In this document: positions 48,148-62,310 of the stretch, piece by piece
Layout of the letters: every line of letters starts with the position of its first letter
How positions within the stretch are numbered: the stretch's first letter is position 1
NCBI GenBank assembly: GCA_030248215.1
Contig: JASANG010003752.1
Location: 310,001 to 374,000 of the forward strand
Length of the DNA: 64,000 bases
From: Enoplolaimus lenunculus
Taxonomy: Eukaryota
Direction of reading: 5' to 3'
Translations under genes and position numbers: made by a program
The notes under the pieces: model-generated
The model's input: the letters and a program-made list of their open reading frames with translations, nothing else
Told to the model about the DNA's origin: nothing
Databases searched by the model: none

Positions 48148-49020
48148 ACACTACTATCGACGCGATGCTACATTTAGTACACGAAACTGTCACTTGTCAT
48201 ATTTATATTTCACTCAAACTGTTTTTTAACTTAAAATTTGCAGCAAAAATACTTTGTCAACAACTTCTGTTTTACTAACCGTCAAAGTGACGTCTTTTTA
48301 TATATGGTTTCGAATTATTTTTGTTATCAGTTGCGTATTTAATCAACAAAACGAAACAAAAAGTACTAAAAAACTACTAAAAGATTACTTTTATTTATCC
48401 TTTTTTGAATTTTTTTTATTTTTTTAATTTTGATGTTTTTTTATTTTTTCTAGAATGTTTATTGTTTTGTAGATGTCAGTCATGCTTGAAGATGAAAACT
48501 GCCGGTCTTGCTCCGGAATTTTTTATCTACTCATGCTATATATCGGCTTAAAATTTAAAAAACTTTAAAAACCAGAAAAACACCGGAGCCGGAGGTCTAC
48601 AAAATGTACTAGCTACACGAAAACTTTACAGTTCTGTAATCCTTTATCAATTTTGCGTTTCTGTAAACTTACACAGTGGCGTACTGAGAAATTTGGATTA
48701 AAAGCCGCATTCAGAACGATAACGGTGTCTAGAGTTCTCCGCCCCCCCAAAGCCAAACAGATCGCTGCAGCAGTCACATGGACCCAGGAGTTTTTTTGGT
48801 GGTCTTAGCCCCCTGAAGTAGTTTAGAGACCAGAGTTCATTGTAAAGGCTCTCTGGATTAACATTGGATGCGTAATTGGACCATGATGAATTTTCCACTA
48901 CCTAAGGATGATTTGAAGGATATAACGCATTGCGCAGCGATCCAAAAGCCTGACACTACTGTTTTAACAATTAAACTTTAAGTAAATTTTAATACCACTA
49001 GAATCTACACGGTATTATAA

Positions 49021-49213
49021 GGCTAATGTTACTATGAAAGGCGTAACAGTAGATTAAGCGTATTCCTAAGCCTAAGCCTAAGCGTTCCAAAAATGAGTTT
49101 CTAAGCCTAAAAGCCTAAGCCTAAGCCTAAATAAAAAAATGTAATCTAGAATCTAAACCTACTCTTTTATAGATCAACCAGAAACCTGGACGCCCCTTAA
49201 AGTAACTTGGACC
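49021..49213. mobile_element. Merlin-like TTAGGC MITE (same subfamily as 51089)
   Basis: Colinear homology to 51089-51268; TSD not recognisable. Confidence 0.75.
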
Positions 49214-51088
49214 ATAAATTTTTTATAGCTTTTCGTATCCGCAAAAATTTCGGGAGAAGAGTCCTTCTATTCCTTGCCTTGTATACGCTCTTACTGTCTA
49301 AAGCTTTAAGTAAGTTGATTTCAGCTTAAGCTAAATCTAGCGGCATTAAATTATGATTCTAGAATAATTAAACTAACAGGTAGGTTTACGCTTAAACTCC
49401 TTTAAAATATCACATTTTTTACTTTAAGCTAAACATAATAAATTCTATGATCCACGTAATTTCTGGGCTGCACTTGTTACTTACTCCAAAAACAAGTTTA
49501 ACTAAAACTCGTGTTCAGCTTAAAAATATCTTAGACCAAGTTAAACGTACAATTCTGGTGTAGTTAGTCGTTCAGCCATTTATGTTTAACTTAGTTTAGT
49601 CAAGCTATAATCTAAGTTTAACGTTTTTAGAGAGTACAGTTGATGTTTGCGTAGCATATTAAGAAATGTTATGCAAACGATAAGCGTTATATACTACAAA
49701 TATCGCATTTTACTAAAATAGTTCAAACTGCACTTAGGGTAGCCATTAAATTTAACAAATTAGAAGACGTTTACGAAGTATTAAAACAATTTTTTGTTAC
49801 GAAAAATATTTTTCCTGCTTTCCTAAAAATTGTCTTGCACTGTGTGCAGTAAAATGTTTGGTTTCAGTGTTGAATGTGTTCATTATGGTTTTACAGCACG
49901 TCGTGAAACGGTGAAATCCTAAACAATCGAAGAATCAAACATATTTCTTTGCTATCGAGCGGATTTATTATATTTGCAGGAACACATAAAACATGATATA
50001 GAACATTAATAGCTTTAATTGTATTTAAAAAATAAACATTTAACTTTTTTGTGGGACTAGCGTCAGCCAGTTTGATTCGTTACAACAAATGGACAATTAT
50101 TACATTTCAGGTTGTCGGGTATATTTAATAATTCTGGTCAAACTTTGAGTAAACAGCAGCTTACAATCGGCAGTCAACTGCTTTAAAATTTGAGACGAAA
50201 TGCCAATATTTAACAAATTCGGCGATTTTAGCATCAAATTACAACTTTTAAAACAGCTGTGTTTTGGCAAAGTACAAAAAAACAGCAGTTATACACTTTC
50301 CCACATTTACGTTTAAACTTAGGTTACACTTAAACGGAGGTTTAGGGGCTTTAGGTTTGGTTTCAGCTGCAAATTTTGGCAACTGTGTTTAATAACTGGT
50401 GTATCAATCTTTTCACGCTCAACTGAACGGGTAAAGATTACTTATGCTGCAAAGCTCATCTTAACCTTATTATTTAATTTTGTAAATAATTGACAATAAA
50501 ATATTGTTTAATAAACCAGTGTAAAACAACAGTATCCATTGTCATGTTGTGTTTAAAACGAACAGCTACAGATGGGTACCGGATATCCAGATATCCGGAT
50601 ATCAGGATACATATTTCTTTTCGGATACTTATTTGGATATGCAGTAGCATACATAATCAAAACTATTTTTACAATTGTATGTTTAACATTCATATCAGAT
50701 TGTGGGTCAGGCTAAAAACAAGTGCTTAAGAAACGAAAATTGACGTACGGAACAACAAAAAAAACAACGTCGAGTTACGGATATCCGAAATAGAAAATTT
50801 ATATACGGATATCCGCATGAATATCCACCAAGAATTGCCGGATATTCGAATATGAAAAAATATACGATGCCCATCTCACTATAAACAACACATGCTTCGA
50901 AATCCACAAATCAGTGTGGTCCATTTTAATATCTCAAAACGTCGTTGTCTGAAAATTGCCGTGCAATATCCGAAATCAATTTCTTAACTTCGTTTAGTAA
51001 ATTAAAAACATCTTTTTCACTTCGAGCCTGTAGGCTGGCAGTTGTTGTATAAAACCCAAAATTTTTATATCTTTTGCAAAATAGTTTT

Positions 51089-51268
51089 GGCCAATGTTAC
51101 TTTGATGGGCGTAACAGTAGATTAAGCGTATTCCTAAGCCTAAGCCTAAGCCTAAGCGTTGCAAAAATGAGTTCCGCATAAGCGTAAGCAAAAATGCAAT
51201 CTAGAAACTAAACCTACTCTTTTATAGACCCGCCAGAAACCTGAACGCCCCTTAAAGTAACATGGGCC
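51089..51268. mobile_element. Merlin-like MITE with internal (GCCTAA)n
   Basis: TIRs GGCCAATGTTACTTT...AAAGTAACATGGGCC with perfect 8-bp TSD ATAGTTTT. Confidence 0.85.
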
Positions 51269-52077
51269 ATAGTTTTAAACAAAACGTTGTTTACACGTAC
51301 GATGAGCCGCGAGTTCAAAATTGCGCCTACAATTTAACGGCTGTTTCGTTCTTACGCATTACCATACAGTCGCACATGTGTTGTAAACAAAATGCTTTGT
51401 GCAATTTAATTTCGATAAAAATACTTTGTCTTCCAAATCATCGCAGTCATATGTTCAAAAATATATTAAACGTTGTCTTGGCAAAATAGGACCAATTCAC
51501 CAATTTATGTTCGGTTGATTACTCATTTATTGTGAGCCGGTTGTATAGCTAACGTTACTTCGATTTCAATTGCTAAAAATTGAAACTCAACATTCCTTGC
51601 GTCTGTCAGTCGAGGTCCGTGGCCAAGGCCAGCTTACCTTGATAAGGGGCTAAAATTGTTTCAGGCGGCATACAAGGATTTTCGATGACTTACAAGCAAG
51701 GCTGAAAATTCTTTAGGATAGGCCAAAATTCCCTTCCTGCTCCCCTCTTAGTTACAAGCCCGTGCCAGACGAAATTTACTTTTAAAGTATATGATTTTCC
51801 AACAGTTTGTTCCAACACCATTGTTGCAACGTTTTTCACAATACATATTTATATCGTTCTACAAAAGAATTAGCAAACACAGGTTGACTGATTGTCTGCG
51901 TAGTATTTAACGAATGCCTTCAAGTTCTGCTTACTATTTCAGATAGCTAACGTGAAAGTGTTTGAAATCTCAGTCCATTATAAAAGTTTGCAACTACGGC
52001 GACTAACTATGTTTTATGTCCTCCAAGAATTGAAATCGGCTTCAAACTGTGTGTATATTAATTTTGTACTACTTTCA

Positions 52078-52153
52078 AACAGAATAACGCGAATTTAAGA
52101 TCGAACAGAATAACGCGAATTTAAGATCGAACAAAATAACGCGAATTTAAGAT
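52078..52153. repeat. 26-bp tandem repeat, ~3 copies
   Basis: AACAGAATAACGCGAATTTAAGATCG x3. Confidence 0.9.
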
Positions 52154-52330
52154 ATTTCTGCTACAGTCATAATGCTAGCGCTGTATTAGATTAAAAGCCA
52201 GCGGTTCACAACCAATAATACTCATTAAATGCCGCGAACAGAAGAAGTCACAATCGAGGCGTTAGCTTTATTTACCAAATCGTAACACCAAATTTTGTGT
52301 CAGTTTAGTGAGGTATTCTCGGGTGCTGTT

Positions 52331-52606
52331 ACACTGTAAATTCCAATGAGTTAATAAACCAATTCAGACGTAAAGTTAATTATTCCTGAGGTAATAAAAA
52401 TATACTTTAACTCACTCTGAGTTGAGGTGATTCTCACTCTGAGTTGAGGTGATTCTCACTCTGAGTTGTGTTTATCCCGGGAGAGTTAACTCATTAAACC
52501 AGAATGAGTTGAATCAACTCAGAAATATGAGTTCGGACAGTCCTAACTCAGACTGAGCGATTCAACTCATTCTGAGTTATAATCAACTCACTGGAATTTG
52601 CAGTGT
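52331..52606. mobile_element. Fold-back MITE with CACTG termini
   Basis: TACACTGTAAATTCCAATGAGTT...AACTCACTGGAATTTGCAGTGTA; internal AACTCA/TGAGTT repeats and a 22-bp tandem repeat. Confidence 0.75.
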
Positions 52607-53507
52607 ACGGGCAAGGACTGTGTAACGCTTTCTTGCAATCGACCGTGAGACTAACCCGTATATATGAGACTGCCTCAAGTGTTTAAACAGGAAAAGTTAA
52701 TTTCGTCATTACGCAGTTATTATATAATGGAAAAATATGGTTATGGCAATATTAATGCGAAATGGTTTGAACTATACCGCCTTTTGCTATGTGTAGTTAA
52801 TTGGTCATGAAACGCTAAAATAATTTTTGCCCGAATATTGAGCAATATGGGTTTAATATAACTAAAAGTCGCTGGCATGGCAAACAGCACGAAGACAAGA
52901 TGAATATTAGCTGAAATGTATCGGTTTTGAGGCCATTTATAGAATGGTCGAAAACCTAGACTTAAACTACCAGCTGCCTCAGCCTAAGATTACGTTTCCA
53001 AGTCCTTGTAGCCCCGCCCGCCTTGTCTCCGAGCGTGCGGCACCAATAATTAACATGGACGGGTCTTGCTCGTTAAGAGCTGGCTGCTTTATATAAGCCA
53101 GCGGGAATGGTTTCATGAATGGCTAATAAAATTTGTAATGTCAGCTAATAAGGAGTTAATAGATTGCATGTGAACAGCACTACTCGTATATATACTTTCT
53201 CCACCACACTGGTGTTAATTTGATAGAATGCGAAACTCTCCGCCATTATTACTGTTTATTGTTTTCCAAGTCTAACCCTGAGTTCAAGCCTACGCCTATA
53301 AGCTCAAGCCTAAACTTCTGCTATTCAAGCCATATTATTGGAACAATTTTTTGTCAGGTGAAAGGAAACAAGTAAAAAGAATTAAATAACTTTTTAACTG
53401 TGCATTTTGCATGCTTAATGACTAGTGCCGATGAAGTCGCCGTGTCAAGATCTATATGACAAACTACTTTTTGTTAGGAATACCGTATACTATGTTATTG
53501 CTAATGT

Positions 53508-53710
53508 GGCCCATGTATAGACCAGGGCCCGATCGTTTTCCAGAGGGGCTATAATAGAGTCAGTTTAAGCTTTAGGCTAATTTTTTTACTTAGGCTTAGG
53601 CTTAGGAATATGCTCATCCATGCGCTTAAGCTTAGGCTGAGGCTTAGGCTTAGGCTTAGGATGAGGAATATGCTTATACTACTGTTCCGGCCCTGTTCTA
53701 TACATGGGCC
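53508..53710. mobile_element. Merlin-like TTAGGC MITE
   Basis: TIRs GGCCCATGTATAGACCAGGGCC...GGCCCTGTTCTATACATGGGCC with internal TTAGGC repeats. Confidence 0.8.
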
Positions 53711-54086
53711 GCTCGCTAATGTTTCCATAAGAATATCCGAACGTCTAGTGTGTTCACTAATTTAGCATAAATAGTTTAAGCTTAAATTTTCTGTCTTAAA
53801 TCGTTATCCTATTAATGTTTCTGTTTTGACTATAAGCATTTTCTGGTTTAAACGATAAACAAATAATCTGGTCGTTACCAAAAATTCTGTACCACAATAA
53901 ACGACTAATGGCTTAGTTGCATGCACTTTAAACTTTTAGAAATTGATTTTTATTTGTTATTATGTTATCGGTAAACCCAAAGTTGTTATAACCACAAAAT
54001 TTCATTTAGCTAAATTTTCATTTATGCCGACAGGCTTGTGAAGAGAACAGAAAAATGCAGCTCAACTTACTTATAATGGTTTCTGC

Positions 54087-54299
54087 GGCCCATGTAACGA
54101 TCTGGGGCGGAACGTTTTTCTGTCGGACTACATTAGAGCAAGCTTAAACTTGAGACTATTTTTTTGCTTTAGGCTTTAGCCTTATGCTTAGGCTTGGGTA
54201 TGTAAGCTCATTCTTTCGCTTTGGTTAAGGCTTTAGGCTTAGGCTTAGGCTGAGGAATATGCTTATACTACTGTTATGGTCTTTTTCTTTACATTGGCT
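54087..54299. mobile_element. Merlin-like TTAGGC MITE; an internally deleted copy follows at ~54335-54443
   Basis: Colinear homology to 53508-53710. Confidence 0.72.
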
Positions 54300-55813
54300 G
54301 TTTGTTCAAACTTCTTGCGTTACATACGAGGGCCGGCCCATGAAAACATGTGGGGTGGAACGTTTTTCTGCGGACTAGAATATAGTAAGCTTTAGGGATA
54401 TGCTTATTATATATGCTGTCCAGCCCCTGTTGTTTGCATTGGCTCATATACGAGTGAAGAAAACGCTTGTTAATCTTTTCATTAATTTGCGTGCTTGATT
54501 GGACTAAATACTAGTAATTCCACCGCAAAGTTGTCCTATAGTCGCCGCGCGCCGACGTGCAGTGTCGAGCATTATGTCAAAAATTTTTGAAACTCGCGGT
54601 GCTGCACACCACAGCGACTCACATATAAAACGTACCCTTATTTGCGCCGAGCAGCGGCGTTGGCCGAATTCGTCGAAGCGCGATGGTTCGCGGCACACAA
54701 AAGTATAGTGTAACCCTAAACCCGGTATTATTGTCATTCTTTCCGGACAGGTGCGTTTGGTGGCATCCGCAGAATTACAGTGGCACACGCCACACAATAG
54801 TAAGCATCGATGTAAAATGTTCCCAAAAGTCCCCAAACAGTTCCCAATTTCCGATAACAATATTCCATGTTTCGTTTTAGTTTTTCATCTAAGCCATTGA
54901 TCACTCATCATCATCATCATCGTCATCATTGTCATATGTGTTGCAGTTCGCGAACCTATTCAAAAGTTGGACCATCCGTAAAATTTATCCATGTTTTCGC
55001 ATGAAACGAAGAAATTTTTACTGACATTTTACCATAACAAGAGGTCAAAAGACGATTCAACGTTCGATGCTTCTATTGGATAATATTTCCCGTTCTCGGA
55101 CCAATTTGCACAACGTACCCTCACCACCATCCAGCGCCACCTTTGAGTTTTTACCGCGGTTTTATTAATTATCAGCGGTGCAAAATTGCTATAAAATCTA
55201 TTTTAATATTTCGGCCGTCCTATCAGAATGGTACGCGTAGCATTTAAAGCCTGCTGTTCAAAAATAATATTACGCTCGATTAAACCGAACTGCGAGTTGT
55301 GAAGTAGTTTTAAAACCTGGAGCCTATTTTAATGCTCACCAAATATGCTGTATTTTTTGTAAAAGTTTCCATAAATATTGATTTTATATTGCTCTGTCTA
55401 ATCCCAGATCAAAATGATACAAAACGATTTGCAGAAGAGGCGTTCCTTCGAACGAAATAGTTCTTTTTACTGCAATTTTGCTAAAAACGTTTTAGGCATC
55501 CATATATTAACACCTGGTTGTATTCCCACCGTTTTGTTCTGTAACAGTATCAGTTATTTGACAAAATTATCGTTTTACGTATTAACAGTCAGGATATTGG
55601 GTTGTGTTAAACGGGCCTCGGCACTGAAAGTTTGAAATGAGAGCCGCTACATGGCGGTAAATTTTGCAATTTCCTTTTATTGCTGCTTTATATATAAAGA
55701 CCAAATTGCACATCGCTGCCATTGCTGATGTTTTTGCTATCGTTGAATGTAGGAAACAATTCAATTCAACTAAACATGACATTATGACGCTACGCCAGTT
55801 TGTTCCATGTATT

Positions 55814-56196
55814 GGCCCGTATAAAGATCATGGGTATAACAACCTGCGGATCCAGAAGGGGGTATGCACCCCCCATCAGAATTCTTTGTGATAAAATGGT
55901 AAGGTCCCCTAACTTACAATTTTTTGGCCTCAGAATTTTTTTGGCGATAGAATAATAAGGTACCTCTACCTTACAACTTTGCGTTTCATAACATTTGCCA
56001 ACCCACCCCCCGTCAGAAATTTTTAGATCCGCCTATGGTTATAACGTTTTTCTTCGGGACTGCAGTAGTGTTAGCTTAAGCTTTAGGTAATTTTATTGAT
56101 TAGGCTTTGTGTTAGGTGTAAGCTCATTTTTGCGCTTAGGTTTAGGTTTAGGAATGTGCTTATACTACTGTACCGCCCATGTTGTATGCATTGGCC
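55814..56196. mobile_element. Merlin-like TTAGGC MITE interrupted by a second MITE (~55841-56037)
   Basis: Outer TSD CATGTATT/CTTGTATT; inner element with GCGGATCC...GATCCGC subtermini and GGTATAAC/GTTATAAC TSD. Confidence 0.65.
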
Positions 56197-58809
56197 CTTG
56201 TATTTTGAAGACCAAAAGATACGCAGAACATGCAAAATTACATAGAACAGCAGGGGGTTTCATTCCACAATATGTTTATCACCTGTTTTTTGAAACCCTG
56301 GTTCAAGGTTCATTTTGTGGTTTATCACTCGATTTGCCACCATTTATACCATAGTCTTCAGTACGAACGTTTAGGTTCTGCTTTCTGCAGTGTTACCAAA
56401 TGCATTAAGTCAATTTATTATTAGGAATGGTAGAGTAAATAACGGTTTAGACGTTACAAGAGTATGCAACTGGGTACATTTTGTATGCATAACATATGCA
56501 AAGCCCTGTTGTTTTTTGGCTTTAACGCAATTTCTGGGGTGCAACTTTATAACTGAGGCATCCCGGAACACGTTTTGTTCCATGTTGATTCGACGTCAAC
56601 GAAAAATTTTGCGATCTGAATAGGGGTTTGTAGACAAAATGTGAGTGTTAATACATGATATTGGCTTACAAATTTCGCATCTCCAGAAATCATCGTATAC
56701 AAAAAGCTATATGTCACATGACACCGAGGAACATTTATGTGAATATCATATGATATTCCGAATTTCTGCCGAGAACCACGTGATATTATGCAGGACAACA
56801 AAAAGCCAAATAATTTGCTGTAAGTGATTTAGAATGCTAAATTAGCTTCCACTTTTCTGTTTCTGGTGAAAGTTCTGCCCAAATATTTGCTTAAGTACAA
56901 ATAATTCAAACTTTAATTTTAGTATCTATATTCTACAGGATATTCAGGCTAGTTTACCACAACCTTGCAGACATTTTCAAACATATCATATGATACTGAC
57001 ATTTTGTACCATGCGAAATCGAGTTTAGTTGTATACTCTTGTTGTAAGGTTAACATTGACTCTAGTTTATATTAACACCTGATATAAGAGTAACTTGAAA
57101 AAGTGTATTTCAGTTCGTTATTGCAATTCTCAGCAAAAACAGTATTTTGTTAATAACGCGTATATTTTTCAAAAGCAAAACTTTTCATAGCAGTCAGGAA
57201 ATTGCTATCTATTCATCCTGTTGTTATTATCAAAGGCTTGCGGCAATAAGGGAATTCTTTTTGACCACCGCCGTGAGCTGCATTTGAGACGGCTTTCTAA
57301 GAAAACCGATATATACAGCCATATTCTCAGCAGTATAATGCTGCTATCATGAGTTAGGTTTTCAAACAAGCGAACAACTTTTATAATTGAAAATCAGAGA
57401 ATTTACACTACATGCTTAACGTTTTAATCAAGTGTATATAATGTGCTAAATTTGTAACGCCTTCGTTCAGCGAGAGAAGTGTGTAAGCTCTTGGGCGAAG
57501 GTACGGAATATTGACCTCCCTGGGAATTCAATAAAAATCGTTCATTTTACAGACTTCGACGCGGTGAGTTCAACTGTGTCATTTTTAGCGCTGCAGAATC
57601 CCCGGTTCTATAGTTATGACCCTTTAAATTTTAACTTTTTACCATACAAAACATGTACAAACAACAATCAAATTAATAGTGTAAAGAATAAACCTGGTTA
57701 AGCTTACATTTTACGAACATGTGAATGATAGATACTTCCTGTTCCAATCTGTACGTGTTTGTACTATAATTTCGACGGCCATAACTTTTGAACCGTTGGT
57801 CATTCAGCCATAAAAATGCTACCGTTCAATTGAGCTCGTCTAGATCGATAGGATGGACCACTTTTTTATCAAAATCCTAGCGGGGTCCAGATTCCGTACG
57901 TCCGCCAACTTTGAAAATAACAGACAAGCGGAAGTTTTATTTTTTATCCGCACCGGGGTCGTAGCCAAGGGAGGGCCAGGGATTAGACGGGCGTGATTCG
58001 CACGCATTATATATACACGCGCAGCATTTCTTTAAGAGTGCAACTATTCCATTCGCTAATTTTTTAAATCGTCATAGAGGCCGTTTCTATTACTAGCACT
58101 TGATGTGTCGGCGTACCAATTTTACTGTAGTTCCAATGCGGAAGTTCCAAATTTAAGGTTATTTAAAGGTTATTTCGGTTTTTAGGTTTACTAACCATTT
58201 TTAACATTCCGTCGCCAGTAATTTGACAACAATTAGATTTTTCATAAGTATTATTGAAAAGTTGAAAAACAGACCAACGGCCATAATCCCTCCAGCTTAC
58301 ACCAAACCTATTTTTGATCTTTTAGTGTATAAAAATGCCTTAAAGCAATTAGCATAATACACTATGTACTCAAATGCAAGGTGTATTTATACTTATCAAG
58401 TAAAATCAAAATCACATATATAAACACACTACTTCTGGAGTTTATGGGCGAATGTATAAAGCAGTGGACTGGCGAGCAGGAGATAAATATTTGGAATGTC
58501 TGTCAATTTCAATTGTTTGGCTGAAGCTTTATTTTTGAACAAAGTTTAAGTCCGTAGCCAGACCAACATGCAAAAGCGGGCCCTGAGAATTTTTGAAGGA
58601 GTACGAAAAGATTTCGGATAACCTGCAAGCGTGGCTTAACCCATTCTGGGGATAAAGGGGCTAAATTTTTCACGATTAAGGAGTGCGTTTATCCTTTCTG
58701 GCTACTGGGCTGATTTATTTTTAAAGCTACAAAAAGTCGCACAAGCAGTTTAGCTGCCATAATCCATTTGGCAAAGAAGCATATTTAATAAGTGCAGTCG
58801 ACTTATGAA

Positions 58810-59228
58810 CAGGGTGTAAACGGATAGTCAAAATAACGGTAACGGAAACGGATTGTGATCATAACAACGGAAACGGAAACTGAAACGGAAAACGGATATT
58901 GAAATATAAAAGTTTCAAAAACGTTCTATATTTTGTGCCACTACAATTGAGGTGTGCAATTATTCATCGGTATTTCAAAAATTTTAAAGAAAAAAATAGA
59001 TGATGCATAGAAATTTTTAAGATTTTGAATGAATTTGGTAATTTTTATTTCATTTCAAACAGTTGCAGCATATCTGTAATCAAAAATTGTGAGATATGCG
59101 TGATTAATAACTAATTTTAAACGTAAAAAATTACAGAATTGCCGTTTTTCTATAACAGAAACGGAAACGGAAACGAACACCGATTTTACCGGAAACAGAC
59201 ACGAAAACGAATACCCGGTTACACCCTG
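58810..59228. mobile_element. hAT-type MITE (ACGGAA-repeat family)
   Basis: CAGGGTGTAA...TTACACCCTG; TSD CTTATGAA/TTCATGAA. Partial relatives at ~7470-7650 and ~25436-25740. Confidence 0.8.
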
Positions 59229-61587
59229 TTCATGAAGCATAAATTGCGTATACCTTAGAAATGTTCCGCTAAAGCTAAATGGTTAACTGCAGCGTGTTTA
59301 ATCTAATTATTAATCGCAAATCCAAAACTGATGTTTCCAGATGAAAATAGGTTACAGAAGCACGCTTATGGAATTTTGTTAAATCATGCCAAAAAGTATT
59401 ACAGCCGCGCCACTTGGTATGATCTGGTCAACTTAAATCTCAATTGGCTGCTACTGCTTAATGGCAATTCTGCGAATTGCCGAATTTCTGGTTAATTGTG
59501 TATTTTGATGTAGAAACCTTTAAAGATTTCTGGAATTCCTAGTTAATTGCTTATTTTGATGTTAAAACCTCGATATATTTCGAGTAACAGTATGGAATAT
59601 TTTAAATAATTCGCCCATATGTTTGTTTTTACCCTGTCTTTGTTGCCGCTTTTAGAGGCTGCTTGTTATACAAAACCTATCACTAAACTGGTAACAGATG
59701 CTATTCACAGCTGAAAATATGGGTTCTTTCCACGAAACAAAACCAAAACTTGAATGCTATAAACGGATGTAGCCCGATTGCTTTCGTATAAAACTATTTA
59801 TTCGTCACAGTAGGTGATTCGGTGCGCAACTTTTTATGTGCATGAACAGCCACAATTGCTATTCCTGAATGTCACTGTGTTAATTCATCCGTGTAAACCA
59901 CTATATTTATTGGCAAACACACGTTATTTTTCAATCTATGTTTTTGAGCATTACACAATGTGAGTTTTATTGATAAGACTGAAAAAAATTATTCGATACA
60001 ACAGTTCCTGGTCCACTGTATTCAGCTCCTACTGAACCAACATTTTGCCCCCTCTCAAAAAATTTATTTTTTTCAACATTATTTGTTAGTCGTTGAAAAC
60101 TCTTGTATACCCATTAATTCAGGAAAAAATTTTAGTCCCACCTAGCAAGGTGAAGTGGCTACGAGCCAGGGTTGAAAAATTCGGAACCGGAGCTGCGGAG
60201 GTGAAACAGAACTCGGTAAATGAAATGACGATGACGTAACAACTGCTAAGTATTGCCCCAAAAACTTGGCTTTTGAACTTTTTCGTTTTGAAAAATTTAT
60301 GCAATTAATAAACTTTTGAAAATTGCCTTAAACTTAAAAGACACTCAATGAATAGCACATTTTGTAAAAACGTAAATTACTTTCAAATTTTCCAAAACTC
60401 TCAGCAAATATTCTACCACAGCTGTAGGGGCGGAAGCAGGCAATCGTTTGTACCTTTGCTGTCATAGGTCATATCATTTGATAATTTTGCGCTCACCGTC
60501 CTATCAGTCGCGTGTAAAGCGATTTTGCGCTGGTATACTCAAGGGTAAAAATATAAAATTGTCTTAACAAGCAAGGTTGAAAATCCTTTATGGGACCAAA
60601 ACTTTTCTAGTGGCCTCAGTCCGCCTGCCTACCCCATGCCCCTTGGTTACGGGCCCGTTATCGGCTAGTTTTACGCTGGTTCAAATGAAGCGTGATACTA
60701 ATATTTATACGTACGTTTTAGCAAAAATTTGGGCCAAAAGATCAACATGACGGCAGTTAAAAATTTAACTGTGAACTAAATATAAGTGTGAAAACCCCAA
60801 CTGAAGCATAAATTCCATGTGGTTCAGACTCGACCTTGCGAGTAAGCTCTAAATTATGCTTCAGCGAAATACAAATTATGATAGAGAAAAATATCAATTT
60901 CCATGTTATACAAACAGTTTTTTTTCTACATAATCTTTGACGTCAGCTACAATGCTCAAAGTTACTCCAACAGTTTATCTTAAATATACATTGCGAACAA
61001 TACCGTAATCAGGATTGTTAAGTTTCGCTTGGAACTGGAAACGTACAAATTCCTGTGAGAGTTACTCTGCAATTTTTTTCACGCATATTTGACACTCGAC
61101 TGGTGGATCTGAGGCAGAGTCAGCTAGACCGTGACCCGTTTAACAGGGATGAAAACCAACATTTTGTATTACGATTTAGTACTAAATTGCGCTTAGTTTC
61201 TCGCTCGGTTCGTTGGATAGCACGTTTCTCTGTTATACTCTGGGCGGTTTATAGCGTCAAAAGGTTCTGGAGCCGGCGCTATCATCGTTCGAATGAACTT
61301 TACTCTCTAATCTTTTGTCGATATATGACACTGAAACGTATGTTGGGCGGATTCCTATACGTTACTATGCAGCAGCTGATAATAGTCTGTTAGGCATTAA
61401 TTTGGTTGACTGACTTAAGTATTTACTGAACTTAAGTACACCGTCAGAGACGGTAAACTGATTAAATAATTGTTTAATAAATATTTAAGGATTAATATAT
61501 TGTATTCTAGAAGGATTTCAGAAATCCAGCCATAGTGGAATGCGCAAACAAGTTTACCGGCGACTGCGGCTTCAGAGAAGGCGTGAG

Positions 61588-62310
61588 CAGAGTTGCACAT
61601 TACCCGCGGGCAACGTGGGTACGGGTAAGAAAATTTTGGCGCGTGTATATCCGCGGGTAAAGAATTTCAAAGCGCGGTTAAAAAGTTGTGATTCTTTACC
61701 CGCCTAAAAATTTTATAAGAAACGGGACGCTAGATGATGTAGAAAAACTTGAATTTTTAACTTACACTCCTGGAATGTGCTGTTAAATCGAAAAAAAATT
61801 GTGGCCTTTTGAAAGGCAGCAACAATATATGGTATTCCATTTGCTCACATTCTTCGCGTTCATATAGAGATTACATTATTCCTTGGCGTGGAACAATATG
61901 CTTACGGTTTCTGAGAGAAGTCTTACGACAAGTTCGAAAAAACCGTAAAAAAGTGTGTGATTTAATCGCTCTTTACAACGATTATGTGCAGACGTGTTGA
62001 TTCACTGATCACCCATTGGTAAACATCCCAGATTTAATTATGATATGTGTATTTTGATTTCAAAGTTAGTGATAAACAGTTTATAACGTAAATCGAGCAG
62101 GTCACATCTATGCACTGTAAAATTACACAATTGTATTGAACGCAGAACAAAAAATAAGGGTATGTGAGATCGGTAGCGGTAAATGAATTTGGTAAAGTCT
62201 GGTAACGGGTAAAAGAATTTTGCGCGGATATACCCGCGGGTAAAAAATATAAATTCGGCGGGTAAAGCGGCGGAACGCGGGTAAAAAAACTTTACCCACT
62301 TGCATTTCTG
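61588..62310. mobile_element. hAT-type non-autonomous element with TACCCGCGGGTA subterminal repeats
   Basis: CAGAGTTGCA...TGCATTTCTG termini; TSD GGCGTGAG/AGTGTGAG; CGGGTA repeats clustered at both ends. Confidence 0.7.
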
